A DNA stretch of 64,000 nucleotides from an uncultured Chloroflexia bacterium. GTDB taxonomy: Bacteria > Chloroflexota > Limnocylindria > Limnocylindrales > CSP1-4. The stretch covers positions 552,471-616,470 of the forward strand of contig CAWBQS010000003.1 of NCBI GenBank assembly GCA_963790915.1, given 5' to 3'. Under the pieces are notes generated by a model that was given only the letters and a program-made list of their open reading frames with translations, did not search any database and was not told the DNA's origin. Below are positions 9,418-18,514 of this stretch, one piece after another. A program made the position numbers and the translations under genes. Numbering within the stretch: the first letter of the stretch is position 1; every line of letters starts with the position of its first letter.

Positions 9418-10599
9418 ATGTCGTACCAGCCACCGGCGTCAGCGCGCTGCCGAACGTGCCGCGTGGTCCTGGCCTTGCTGTCGTTGATGTTGGTGCTGCC
9501 CGCCGGCCAGGCGTGGGCTGCTTCGCCCACCGCGTGCCGTGTACGGAACGTGAACACGGGAGGCACGTACCGATCGCTCAGCGCTGCTGTCGTTGCGGCG
9601 AAGCGGGGGCACAAGCTCACCGTCAAGGGCAGGTGTCACGGCCACACGTCGATCGGCAAGGGCCTGGTCATCCGGGGGATCCGTACCGCTACCTCGGGCA
9701 TGCCGACGTTGGACGGCGACGGCATCAGCCGGGTCGTGACGGTGGCCAGCGGGGTCTCTGTCAAGATCGCGAACCTCGCCATCAGGGATGGCTACGATCA
9801 GGACTCTGGTGCCGGGATCTCCAACCGTGGGGCCCTCGAACTCCGTGACGTCGTCGTGCGCGGGAACCGCTCGCGCTTCTCGAGTGGCGGGATCGCCAAC
9901 GAGCGAGGCGCCAGCCTCGTCCTGGGTGGCAGCACGACGGTCGCCGCCAACAGCGCCAAGGGCAACGGTGGTGGGATCTTCAATCTCGGCACCCTCCGGC
10001 TGGAGGGTACGGCTCGGGTCAGCTCCAACTCCGCGATGACCGGAGGCGGCATCTACAACCAGGGCACAGTCACCCTGCTCGCAACCGCGAGAGTGATCGA
10101 CAACCACGCGCAGCGTGGTGGGGGCGGCGTGTATCAGAGCGAACGGGGGACCTTCACGATGAGTGAGTCCAGTTCGATCAGCCGCAACCGTGCGGACCAC
10201 GGCGCCGGTGTCTACGTCTCCGAGCGCGGGACCTTCACGATGAACGACCAGGCCAGCGTCAACCACAACACCGCGGTTGACCGCGGCGGTCCCTACGACG
10301 TGGGCGAGGGCGGCGGTATCTACACGCGGGGCGCGGTGACGATGACCGGCGACGCTGCCGTCGCCTGGAACCAGGCTGCCCGTAATGGTGGCGGGGTGGT
10401 CCTCGATAGCTCCGATCGCGCATCCCCGCCGAGCACCCTGACGATGGCCGGCTCCAGCATCATCACATCCAATAGTGCGACCAAGGGCGGCGGTATCTAC
10501 ATGGCCTACGGCGGCGATCTCGTCGGCGTCATGTGTACGCCGGAACCGACCGCGAATGTCAGTGGGAACGATCCGGACGACTGCCGCTTTCGTCGATGA
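9418..10599 (+). CDS. Secreted right-handed beta-helix protein with PMP-type (GGGI[YF]N) repeats
   Basis: ATG 9418 followed by signal peptide CRVVLALLSLMLVLPAGQAWAASP. At least 8 repeats carry GGGI/GAGI + N/S motifs (GAGISNRG, GGGIFNLG, GGGIYNQG, GGGVYQSE, GAGVYVSE, GGGIYTRG, GGGVVLDS, GGGIYMAY). The ORF track start 9376 is probably too early. Confidence 0.75.
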   Translation: MSYQPPASARCRTCRVVLALLSLMLVLPAGQAWAASPTACRVRNVNTGGTYRSLSAAVVAAKRGHKLTVKGRCHGHTSIGKGLVIRGIRTATSGMPTLDGDGISRVVTVASGVSVKIANLAIRDGYDQDSGAGISNRGALELRDVVVRGNRSRFSSGGIANERGASLVLGGSTTVAANSAKGNGGGIFNLGTLRLEGTARVSSNSAMTGGGIYNQGTVTLLATARVIDNHAQRGGGGVYQSERGTFTMSESSSISRNRADHGAGVYVSERGTFTMNDQASVNHNTAVDRGGPYDVGEGGGIYTRGAVTMTGDAAVAWNQAARNGGGVVLDSSDRASPPSTLTMAGSSIITSNSATKGGGIYMAYGGDLVGVMCTPEPTANVSGNDPDDCRFRR

Positions 10600-10611
10600 G
10601 CATTGGCGGGG

Positions 10612-10648
10612 GGTGCTGCCGGTGGAGGTGCTGCCGGTGGAGGTGCTG
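10612..10648 (+). repeat. 15-nt tandem repeat GGTGCTGCCGGTGGA x2.5
   Basis: Perfect copies at 10612-10626 and 10627-10641 and a partial copy at 10642-10648, immediately after the beta-helix gene's stop (10597-10599). Confidence 0.8.
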
Positions 10649-10773
10649 GCCTGTCCCGCCCGTCGTCGTGTCGAGTTGCGAGCACCCAGGCGCGAATGAG
10701 CCAGCGGGCACCGCAGGCGAACGCCACCGCGCGCGATGACACCGAGCTACGGACAGGTCAGCGAGGTCTCGGC

Positions 10774-11772
10774 ATGAACGGGATGGGTCGCGTCCGACTG
10801 CTCCTGGGCCTTCTCGTGGTGACCCTCATCGTCGTCACCGTGGCGTACCTTGGCGCGGCGGTCGTCGCCTACGACCACGTCTCCCGGGTCGAGGCCCACT
10901 GCGGAGGCCGCTTCCTCGACTACACGCCGGCCGCATGGTCTACGAACCGTCCGACGGGACACCCAGAGGCGACACGGTTCGACTCGGCGCCGTACGTCGT
11001 AACCGACTACGACGAGGTGCGCCTCCCCAGTCGCGACCCGGCGATCGATCTTCACGCGTGGTGGCTGCCGTCGCAGGACGGTCCGGAGGCACCCGCCGTC
11101 ATCATCATCCCCGGGCGCGGGTCCTGTATCCGCGACCCGGACTCCCTCCTTCCGGCCGGGATGCTTCATCGGCTCGGCTACGGCGTCCTGCTCCTGGATC
11201 TCCGCGACCACGGGGAATCGACGGTCGAGGACGGGCGCTACGCGGGCGGGACCGAGGAGTACCGCGATGTGCAGGGGGCGGTCGACTGGCTGGTCGCCCA
11301 GGGTGTCGAGTCCGGGCAGATCGGCGTGTTCGGGACCTCCATGGGAGCAGCCACGGCCATCATCGCCGCCGGCCAGGACGAGCGCATCGCGGCTGGCTGG
11401 GAAGACAGCAGCTACGCCGACATGGAGAGGCGCATCGCCGAGGAGCTCGAACAGCGGGGCTACCCTCGGCTCCTGGCACCAGCCGCGGTGCTCGTGGCAC
11501 GCCTGGTCTCGGGAGACGACCTGGCCTCACATACCGTGCTCGGCGAGGTGGCCAACCTGGGCGGCCGACACCTCTTCATCGCCCACGGAGCGGAAGATCA
11601 GGCCACCTATGTCTCCCATGCCTTCGAACTGGACAAGGCGGCGCGGTCGGCCGGAGTCCTGACGGACCTGTGGATCGTGCCCGAGGCCGGCCACACCGAC
11701 GCCATGTTCCTCCACCCGGCCGAGTACGAGGATCGACTCGCCGGCTTCTTCGGACCGGCCCTGGGGACCTGA
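10774..11772 (+). CDS. Membrane-anchored alpha/beta hydrolase (prolyl-oligopeptidase/dienelactone-hydrolase-like fold)
   Basis: ATG 10774 followed by an N-terminal TM helix LLLGLLVVTLIVVTVAYLGAAVV. Nucleophile elbow GTSMGAA, later AHGAEDQ and EAGHTD (likely Asp/His of the triad). Confidence 0.8.
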   Translation: MNGMGRVRLLLGLLVVTLIVVTVAYLGAAVVAYDHVSRVEAHCGGRFLDYTPAAWSTNRPTGHPEATRFDSAPYVVTDYDEVRLPSRDPAIDLHAWWLPSQDGPEAPAVIIIPGRGSCIRDPDSLLPAGMLHRLGYGVLLLDLRDHGESTVEDGRYAGGTEEYRDVQGAVDWLVAQGVESGQIGVFGTSMGAATAIIAAGQDERIAAGWEDSSYADMERRIAEELEQRGYPRLLAPAAVLVARLVSGDDLASHTVLGEVANLGGRHLFIAHGAEDQATYVSHAFELDKAARSAGVLTDLWIVPEAGHTDAMFLHPAEYEDRLAGFFGPALGT

Positions 11773-11899
11773 TCCGTTCTCCGACGCAGCCACGCCGCCG
11801 GTCGTCCGGCCTTGACGAGCCGACTCGGGCGCGGAAGATGAGCCGTTCGCTGGTTGGGGCGGCAGACCTGGCTGGCCGCTGAAGGCGGTGGCGCCCGGC

Positions 11900-12475
11900 C
11901 TATCGCTCCAGTCGCACCGGCAGTGAATCGGCCAGGTCGTCGCACTGCCATTCGATCGAGAGTCGGTCGAGTTGGCGCTTGCCGCGGAACGGGCTGCCCT
12001 CGACGAGAGGGACGTCAGTCAGGACCACCGAGCCATCCTCCCGGCCCGGCTCAAGCGCCACGCCGGTCGATTCCCCGGAACGATAGATCGCGTCATCGAT
12101 ACCGAAGGCGACCCTTGCTGTGGGCGACCCGCCGGGCGTCACCTGCAGGTACAGCGAAGCCCTGGCCCGAGTCGGGTGTCCGTTGATCACCACCCTCCAG
12201 TCCTCGAAGGCGTCGCCGCCGATCTTGAACTCGACCGCGCGCGTTTCCACGAACCAGGGAGGTGCACCGTCGGAACGGCTCCGACAGCGGATGCCGCTCC
12301 AATGCAACATCCCGTTTCCGTCGAAGCGGATGTGAGCGTGACCGCCAGTCTGGCGCCCCTCGCCGACCGGCACGCAGCCGATCGTGGCCTCAAGGCCGAG
12401 GAGCGCCACGGCCATGACCGCGACCCACCGCTGGCAGTTGGTGCCGATGAGGCCCACGGACGTACCCTCCGGCAC
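11900..12475 (-). CDS. Hypothetical (lipo)protein
   Basis: The leader ends in LEATIGC, a lipobox-like sequence. Start is uncertain (GTG 12475 or ATG 12415). No known motif. Confidence 0.5.
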   Translation of the reverse strand: MPEGTSVGLIGTNCQRWVAVMAVALLGLEATIGCVPVGEGRQTGGHAHIRFDGNGMLHWSGIRCRSRSDGAPPWFVETRAVEFKIGGDAFEDWRVVINGHPTRARASLYLQVTPGGSPTARVAFGIDDAIYRSGESTGVALEPGREDGSVVLTDVPLVEGSPFRGKRQLDRLSIEWQCDDLADSLPVRLER

Positions 12476-12620
12476 CGACGATGGCCGGCGATGACCGATG
12501 CAGCAAGAGCCATCCGACCCGGCGCAGCACGTTCCCGACCGGCACTTGCTCTGCCGCCTGCGCGGGGCCTACCATCGACCTCGTCCACGACCCGACCAAC
12601 ACTTCGCGGAGGTACGGGCG

Positions 12621-12995
12621 ATGCCGACCGATTTCACGGTCTCCCTCTACCACCGGCCCGGTACCCTTGCGGCCGCCAGCGCCGCGCTCGGCCACGCAGG
12701 CATCGATATCGTTGGTGCCTGCGCCTTCGTCTGCGACGGGCAGGGCGTCTACCACCTCCTGGTCTCCGATGCCGAGCGCAGCCGTCGGGCGCTCATCGAT
12801 GCCGACTTCGATGTCCTCGCCGAGCGGCAGGTGATGCTCACTCCCGTGGAGCACCGGCCTGGCGCCGCGGCTGAGGTCCTTGCCCGGATCGCGGGCCTGG
12901 GCATCAGCATCGACCTGCTCTACCTCACGATGGATGGTCAGCTCGTCATCGGCGCTGACGACCTCGAAGGTATCCGGCAGGCGCTCGCGACCTGA
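12621..12995 (+). CDS. ACT-domain (small-molecule-binding) protein
   Basis: ATG 12621 lies 8 nt after GGAGG. Two short beta-alpha-beta-beta-alpha-beta-like halves (FTVSLYHRPGTLAAASAALGHAGIDI; MLTPVEHRPGAAAEVLARIAGLGISI). Confidence 0.65.
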   Translation: MPTDFTVSLYHRPGTLAAASAALGHAGIDIVGACAFVCDGQGVYHLLVSDAERSRRALIDADFDVLAERQVMLTPVEHRPGAAAEVLARIAGLGISIDLLYLTMDGQLVIGADDLEGIRQALAT

Positions 12996-13032
12996 GCGAG
13001 GCCGCCCAGGACGGCGGTCCGCCCGATCAGAC

Positions 13033-15132
13033 TCAGACCTCGGCGTACAGATGCCGGGAGATGACGTGATCCTGGTACTCGGGTGAGAGCTCGCAGAAGT
13101 AGCCGCTCCAGCCCCAGACGCGCACGATGAGATCGCGGTGCTCGTCGGGGTGCGCCTTGGCGTCGAGCAGGCGGCTGGCGCTGAGGGCGTTGAGCTGCAG
13201 CTGCTGGCCCCCGAGGTGCGCGAAGGTGCGCACCAGGCCTGCGACCTTGCTGATGGAGTCGGGGCTGCGGAAGACGGAGTCGGACAGCTCCAGGGTGATG
13301 GGGCCGCCGTTGCAGATGCGCCCGTAGTCGATGCCCGCGTAGGACTGCAGCACGCTGATCGGACCGCGGAGCGGCGTGCCCGGCGTGGGCGCCAGGTTGG
13401 CCCCGAACGGGTCGCCCCGGTGCCGTCCGTCCGCGGTGGCGCCGACCACCGGTTCCGGCATGGACGCGTCGCTGCGGCCGCGCGCCAGCCAGAGGTAGTA
13501 CATCGCCGTGCCGGTGCCCGGTCGGACCAGCAGACCCGCCGTCTCCTGCTCCGCCTCGCAGGCATCGGCGAGCCAGTCGTAGAGCTGGCGCAGCAGACCG
13601 TCGACCTCCGGCTCGTGGAGGCCGACGCGGGGGCTCTCCTCCGCCAGCCGGCGCCGCAATGCCTCGTGCCCGGAGAAGTCGGCCGCCAGGGCCGCCAGGA
13701 GCTCATCCGTCGCCACGTCGCGGAGCTCGAAGACGTGCCGCCGCACCGCCGCCAGGGAGTCCGCGGCGCTCGCCGCAGCTGCCCCGTGGATGCCCAGGTT
13801 GCGGTACCTGGCTCCCTGACCATGATCGCGGCCATGCTCCAGCGCGTCCGTCATGAGCACGGAATACCAGGGCGCCGGCGCCCACAGGAGCCGCTCGTAG
13901 GGCTCCACGCGCGCGCGCACCTGGCCGGCGATCTCTGCCCGGGTGCACTCAAGGATGGTCTCGAAGGAGGCGCCCGACGCGAGGCCCTCGCGGATGGCGG
14001 CATCCGCCGCGGCCGGGAAGGAGACCGCGCCGACGTTGCCGACGTCCATGCCGCGCCCCGGGATGATGAACTCCCAGCAGGCCGCCACGGTGTAGTCGCG
14101 GGCGTCCTCCAGGTCGTAGCCGTGGGAGGCCAGGGCCGGGATGACGACGTCGTCGTTGGCGTACTGCGGGAAGCCCAGGCCCTTGCGGGTCAGCTCCGTG
14201 CCCAGCTCCAGGAGGGCCTGGTCGGTTCGCGCGTCGATGCGCAGGTTGACCTTGGGGTCGATGAGCCCGACGTCGCGGGCGACGCGCAGGGCCATCCAGG
14301 TCAGCGGATTGACGGCCGACTCCCCCGCCGGCGTCACGCCACCAAGGGTCATGGACTGGCCGTTGTCGCCCTGCTGGATGCCCGGATACAGGTCGGAATC
14401 GCGGTTGAGGGCGATGAAGGCCTCCGCCAGCAGCTCCTCCGCGCCGGCCTCGTCGAGGCGTCCGGCCGCGAGGTCCGCAGACAGGTAAGGCCAGAGGTAC
14501 TGGTCCAGCCGGCCCAGGCCGACGTGGTGATGGCCAGACAGCCAGACCATGGCCTGCATGAAGCGCAGCGACTGGAGAGCCTCGTGGAGGGTCCGCGCGG
14601 GATGGGCGGGCACGTGCGCCAGCACATCCGCCACCTCGTCCATGCCCAGCCGGCGCGCCTCGGCCTCGTATCGGGCGACCAGGGCCAGGACGGCGTCGAT
14701 GGTCTCCATGGCGGCGGCCGTGAACTCGGCGGCATCGTCGTCGCCGCCGGTCAGTGCCCGCGCATGGGACGCCTCCGCCACGGCGCGGCGGGCCAGCAGG
14801 CCCTGCCCGATGGCCATGCCCCAGTCAGCGCAGACGTTGTTGATGATGCCGCCCTCGTGGAGCGTGCGGCCGGCGGTCAGCGCCGCGAAGTCCTCCGCGG
14901 TGTAGACGCCTGGCACGGCCGGCAGCGTCCGCGTGTAGACGATGCGCTCGTCGGGCTCGATGACGACGCGCTCCGCCTCGCACATGCGCACCGTCAGGCG
15001 AGCGCGGCGCATCGTCCACGAAAGGCCCTCGCGGTCGCACTCGCAGATGAGGTCCGGTGAGGCGTCCTGCCGGTAGGCGGCGAAATGCCCGTCCCGTGTC
15101 CGGGCTCGCAGCCCGATCAAGCGTTCGTTCAT
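13033..15132 (-). CDS. Glycyl radical enzyme, PFL2/eliminase-like, unusually compact (699 aa)
   Basis: C-terminal glycyl-radical fingerprint LIVRVWGWSGYFCELSPEYQDHVISR (Gly674 codon at 13111-13113). Cys-loop DYTVAACWEFIIPGRG (Cys352 at 14077-14079, Glu354 at 14071-14073). QSMTLGG motif. ATGA overlap with the activase stop. Confidence 0.9.
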   Translation of the reverse strand: MNERLIGLRARTRDGHFAAYRQDASPDLICECDREGLSWTMRRARLTVRMCEAERVVIEPDERIVYTRTLPAVPGVYTAEDFAALTAGRTLHEGGIINNVCADWGMAIGQGLLARRAVAEASHARALTGGDDDAAEFTAAAMETIDAVLALVARYEAEARRLGMDEVADVLAHVPAHPARTLHEALQSLRFMQAMVWLSGHHHVGLGRLDQYLWPYLSADLAAGRLDEAGAEELLAEAFIALNRDSDLYPGIQQGDNGQSMTLGGVTPAGESAVNPLTWMALRVARDVGLIDPKVNLRIDARTDQALLELGTELTRKGLGFPQYANDDVVIPALASHGYDLEDARDYTVAACWEFIIPGRGMDVGNVGAVSFPAAADAAIREGLASGASFETILECTRAEIAGQVRARVEPYERLLWAPAPWYSVLMTDALEHGRDHGQGARYRNLGIHGAAAASAADSLAAVRRHVFELRDVATDELLAALAADFSGHEALRRRLAEESPRVGLHEPEVDGLLRQLYDWLADACEAEQETAGLLVRPGTGTAMYYLWLARGRSDASMPEPVVGATADGRHRGDPFGANLAPTPGTPLRGPISVLQSYAGIDYGRICNGGPITLELSDSVFRSPDSISKVAGLVRTFAHLGGQQLQLNALSASRLLDAKAHPDEHRDLIVRVWGWSGYFCELSPEYQDHVISRHLYAEV

Positions 15133-15884
15133 GCCACGCGCACCTCGATGCCCCGCCGGGTGAATGGTTCGATATCGATGTTGGGAGGCCGCTCCTCGTC
15201 GTACCCGGGGGCGAAATCCAGCCCGCAGGCGGCGTACTTGCCACCCGCCGCCCGGTTGTAGGGCAGCAGCTGGACCTCGACGAGGGTCGGCGCCATCTCC
15301 AGCGCGCCGGCGATGGCCTCGAGATTGTCCCCCATGTCGGTCACACCCGGGACCAGCGGGATCCGCGCCACGAAGGGGCGCTCCAGCTCCTCGAGAAGGG
15401 CCAGGTTGCGCAGGATGGGGGCGTTGTCCTGGCCGGTCCAGCGCAGGTGCGCCCCGGGGTCGATGAGCTTGATGTCGAAGTAGATGAGGTCGCAGCGCGA
15501 GGCCACGGCGGCGAAGGGTCCCCTCTCCGCGTAGCCCGACGTATCGAGCACGACATGGAGGCCCTCGAGGCGGTCGATGACGTCGGCCACGAAGGCCGCC
15601 TGCATGAGCGGCTCGCCTCCGGAGAACGTCACGCCGCCGTCATTGAGGCGCAGCACATCGGCCTGGCCCATCAGGAGGGCCGCCAGGTCGCCGGCCTCCC
15701 AGCGGCGACCCACCAGTCGCTCGCCGGCCGCTGAGCGCAGCACCTGCGGCTCCGGGTCCAGGCCCTCGGGGTTGTGGCACCAGGCGCAGCGCAGCGGGCA
15801 GCCCTTCAGGAAGACGGTCGTGCGGATGCCCGGCCCGTCGTGGACCGTGAACTCGCGGATGTCGAAGACGATGCCGGAGCTCAC
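15129..15884 (-). CDS. Glycyl-radical enzyme activating enzyme (radical SAM), short PflA-like form
   Basis: GTG 15884 (GTGA overlap with the ATPase stop). N-terminus VFDIREFTVHDGPGIRTTVFLKGCPLRCAWCHNPE carries the CxxxCxxC motif. The GGEPL SAM motif is present. Only 5 Cys in total, so no ferredoxin-like auxiliary-cluster insert. Confidence 0.9.
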   Translation of the reverse strand: MSSGIVFDIREFTVHDGPGIRTTVFLKGCPLRCAWCHNPEGLDPEPQVLRSAAGERLVGRRWEAGDLAALLMGQADVLRLNDGGVTFSGGEPLMQAAFVADVIDRLEGLHVVLDTSGYAERGPFAAVASRCDLIYFDIKLIDPGAHLRWTGQDNAPILRNLALLEELERPFVARIPLVPGVTDMGDNLEAIAGALEMAPTLVEVQLLPYNRAAGGKYAACGLDFAPGYDEERPPNIDIEPFTRRGIEVRVA

Positions 15885-17476
15885 GCTCCCGTTCCCGCCG
15901 CCGTGCCCGGCGGAGCGGTCGCCGGCGCGTGCGAGACGGCGGCTGGAGCGGCGGCGGCCTTGTCGGGCAGCATCAGGGAGAGGATGGACTGTTCCGTGGC
16001 CTCGCCACGGGCGACCTCCGCGGAGATGGCACCCAAACGCATCACGTAGATGCGGTCGCTCATGCTGATGATCTCGGGCAGGTCGGACGAGATCATGAGC
16101 ACCGCGCCACCCCGATCGGCGATGGCCTCCATGAGCTCGTAGAGCGCATAGCGGGCGGAGACGTCCACACCGCGCGTGGGTTCGTCGAGGACATAGACGA
16201 GACGGTCGCGGGCCAGCCACTTGCCGATGGCGACACGCTGCTGGTTGCCGCCCGACAGGGTGAAGGCGGGCTGGTCCACGCTCCGCGCGACGATGCTCAG
16301 CTCCTGCACCAGTGACGTGGCAAGGACCCGCTCGCGGCGGGGCACGACGAGGGGGCCTGGCCCCAGGCGCGGCCACTCGGTGACGGCCAGGTTGCGCAGG
16401 ATCGGCAGGGGCAGGATGACGCCCTGGTCCTTGCGGTTCTCGGGCACGAAGGCCATGCCCGCGTCCAGCCGGCGGCGCATCGGCCAGCGGGTGACGTCCG
16501 TGCCCTCCAGGAGGACGGCGCCGGAGACCACGGGGTCGGCGCCCACGATGGCCCGCGCCAGCTCCGTGCGACCGGCTCCCACGAGGCCGGCGAGACCCAC
16601 GATCTCCCCGCGGCGGAGCGTGATGGAGACCGGGCCGGAGCCGCCGGCAGGCTGGAGGTCGCGCGTCTCGAGCACGACCTCGCCCGGCGTCGCTGCGTGG
16701 CGCTGGTAGACGGCGTCCAGGTGACGCCCGACCATGCGCTCGACGATCTCGTCGCGGCTGCTGTCCGCGGTGCGCAGCGTGCCCATGGAGCGACCGTCCT
16801 TGAGGACGGAGACGCGGTCGGAGATGACGAAGACCTCGTCGAGGCGGTGCGTCACGAGGACGATGCCCAAGCCCTCGGCGCGCAGGCGGCGCAGGAGCTC
16901 GAAGAGACGCTCCGTCTCGAAACGGCTCAGGCTGGCCGTGGGCTCATCGAGGATGAGGATGCGCGAACGCTCGTTGAGGGCCCGGGCGATCTCTACGAGC
17001 TGCTGCTGGGAGGTTGACAGTCGGTCGACCGGGCTGTCCAGGTCGACGCTGACCCCGAGCGTGGCGATGGCCTCGGCGGCCTGGCGGCGCATCTCGCCCT
17101 TGTCCAGGCGGCGGCCGCGCTTGATCTCCCGGCCCAGGAACATGTTCTCGACGACGGAGAGGTGCGGCGCCAGGCTGAACTCCTGCCAGATGACCGCGAT
17201 GCCCTGGGCGCGCACCTGCGAGATGGTCGTCTCGCCACGCAGGCTACCGTCGACGAGCAGGCTGCCGCCCTCGTAGGGCAGCGCCCCGGCGATGACCTTG
17301 ATGAGGGTCGTCTTGCCGGCGCCGTTCTCGCCCACCAGGGCGTGCACCTCGCCCGCGAGGAGCTCCAGCGAGGCGTCGGCGAGGAGCAGGACGTCCGTGC
17401 CGCGGATGGGCCGGCCGTCGTCGTCGTACGCGTACTTCTGGATGTGCTGGGCGTCAAGGAGGACGGTGCTGGTCAT
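15881..17476 (-). CDS. Sugar ABC transporter ATP-binding protein, duplicated NBD (RbsA/AraG/MglA-like)
   Basis: ATG 17476 (ATGA overlap with the permease stop). First NBD has GENGAGKTT, LSTSQQQLVEIARAL, ILILDEPTASL. Second NBD has GLVGAGRTE, LSGGNQQRVAIGKWL, VYVLDEPTRGVD. It is the C-terminal part of ORF 15881..18514. Confidence 0.9.
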   Translation of the reverse strand: MTSTVLLDAQHIQKYAYDDDGRPIRGTDVLLLADASLELLAGEVHALVGENGAGKTTLIKVIAGALPYEGGSLLVDGSLRGETTISQVRAQGIAVIWQEFSLAPHLSVVENMFLGREIKRGRRLDKGEMRRQAAEAIATLGVSVDLDSPVDRLSTSQQQLVEIARALNERSRILILDEPTASLSRFETERLFELLRRLRAEGLGIVLVTHRLDEVFVISDRVSVLKDGRSMGTLRTADSSRDEIVERMVGRHLDAVYQRHAATPGEVVLETRDLQPAGGSGPVSITLRRGEIVGLAGLVGAGRTELARAIVGADPVVSGAVLLEGTDVTRWPMRRRLDAGMAFVPENRKDQGVILPLPILRNLAVTEWPRLGPGPLVVPRRERVLATSLVQELSIVARSVDQPAFTLSGGNQQRVAIGKWLARDRLVYVLDEPTRGVDVSARYALYELMEAIADRGGAVLMISSDLPEIISMSDRIYVMRLGAISAEVARGEATEQSILSLMLPDKAAAAPAAVSHAPATAPPGTAAGTGA

Positions 17477-18514
17477 GTCCGCTCGCCGAGGTAGCGGCTG
17501 CGCGCCGCGTCGACCACGAGGGCGATGACGATGATGGCGCCCATGACCGCCTGGTACAGCTGCGACGGGATGTTGAGCAGGATGATGCAGTTGTTGATGG
17601 TCCTGATGATGATGGCGCCGATGACCACGCCCACGACCGTGCCGCGTCCACCGAAGAGGCTGGTGCCGCCGACCACGGCGGCCGTGATCGTCTCGAACGT
17701 GGCGTTGAAGCCACCCAGCGTCGGCACGCCGATCTGGACGCGGGAGGTGAGCATGACCGCCGCCAGGGCCGCCAGGCCGCTGCAGATGGCGAAGCTCGAG
17801 ATGACGATGCGTGGCACGCGCACCCCGGACAGGCCGGCCGTCACCCGGTTGTAGCCCACGGCCACGACGGAACGACCGAAGGTCGTGTGGTTGAGCACGA
17901 CCCATGCGATGGCCGCCACGACCACTGCCAGGATGACCAGGTAGGGGATGCCCAGGATCAGGCCGGTCTGGAGGCCCACGAACACGTCGTCGGCCGGCAT
18001 CGAGAGCATGGATCCGGCGGAGATCGATCTGGGCCAGGGCGAAGGCGATGTAGAAGCCGCCCAGCGTCGTGATGAAGGCCGGGATGCGCACCCACTGCAC
18101 GAGCACGCCATTGAAGAGCCCGAAGAGGACGCCCGCGCCAAGGGCGGCTGCGAGCGCCAGGGGCAGGCTGCCAGTCTGGATCATGACCGTGACGAGGACC
18201 ACGGAGCTGAGGCCGTAGAGCGCGCCGACGGAGAGGTCGATGCCACCGATGAGCAGGACGAAGAGGATGCCGATGGCGGCCACGCCCAGGTCCGAGGCCT
18301 GACGCAGGACGTTGCGGATGTTGTCCACGCTGCCGAACTTGGGCACGAAGATCCAGGCCAGGACCCACATGATCAGGAGCAGCGCGAGGAGGCCCAGCGT
18401 CGGGTTGCGGCTGATGCGATCCAAGGCGCCAGCGGCGCGGCCGCGCCGCGTCGTGGTGGCTGGCTGGAGCGGGGCCATCGATCCGCCGACAGCCGGCGCG
18501 CTGGGAGCGCTCAC
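17473..18514 (-). pseudogene. Sugar ABC permease (RbsC/AraH-like) with one frame break near 18021-18030 (pseudogene or assembly indel)
   Basis: The N-terminal 160 aa (frame of 18514) reads ...IGGIDLSVGALYGLSSVV...TTLGGFYIAFALAQI. The C-terminal 170 aa (frame of ORF 17473..18141) reads ISAGSMLSMPADDVF...GRSVVAVGYNRVTAGLSGVRV...AVVGGTSLFGGRGTVVGVVIGAIII. The junction lies in AGATCGATCT. Confidence 0.8.

Noticed and set aside
18021-18030. AGATCGATCT resembles a filled-in BglII site (AGATCT to AGATCGATCT), which could suggest laboratory engineering.
   Set aside because: A single palindrome is not evidence of engineering. No vector, marker or scar sequences are nearby. A 1-nt indel explains the frame break equally well, and seven other frame breaks lack any such signature.
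15881-18514. 877-aa ORF that looks like a permease-ATPase fusion protein.
   Set aside because: After about 160 permease residues, the middle section is Arg/Pro/Gly-rich out-of-frame sequence. The permease C-terminus continues in another frame (17473..18141), and the ATPase has its own ATG at 17476 overlapping that frame's stop. This is a frame break plus read-through, not a fusion.
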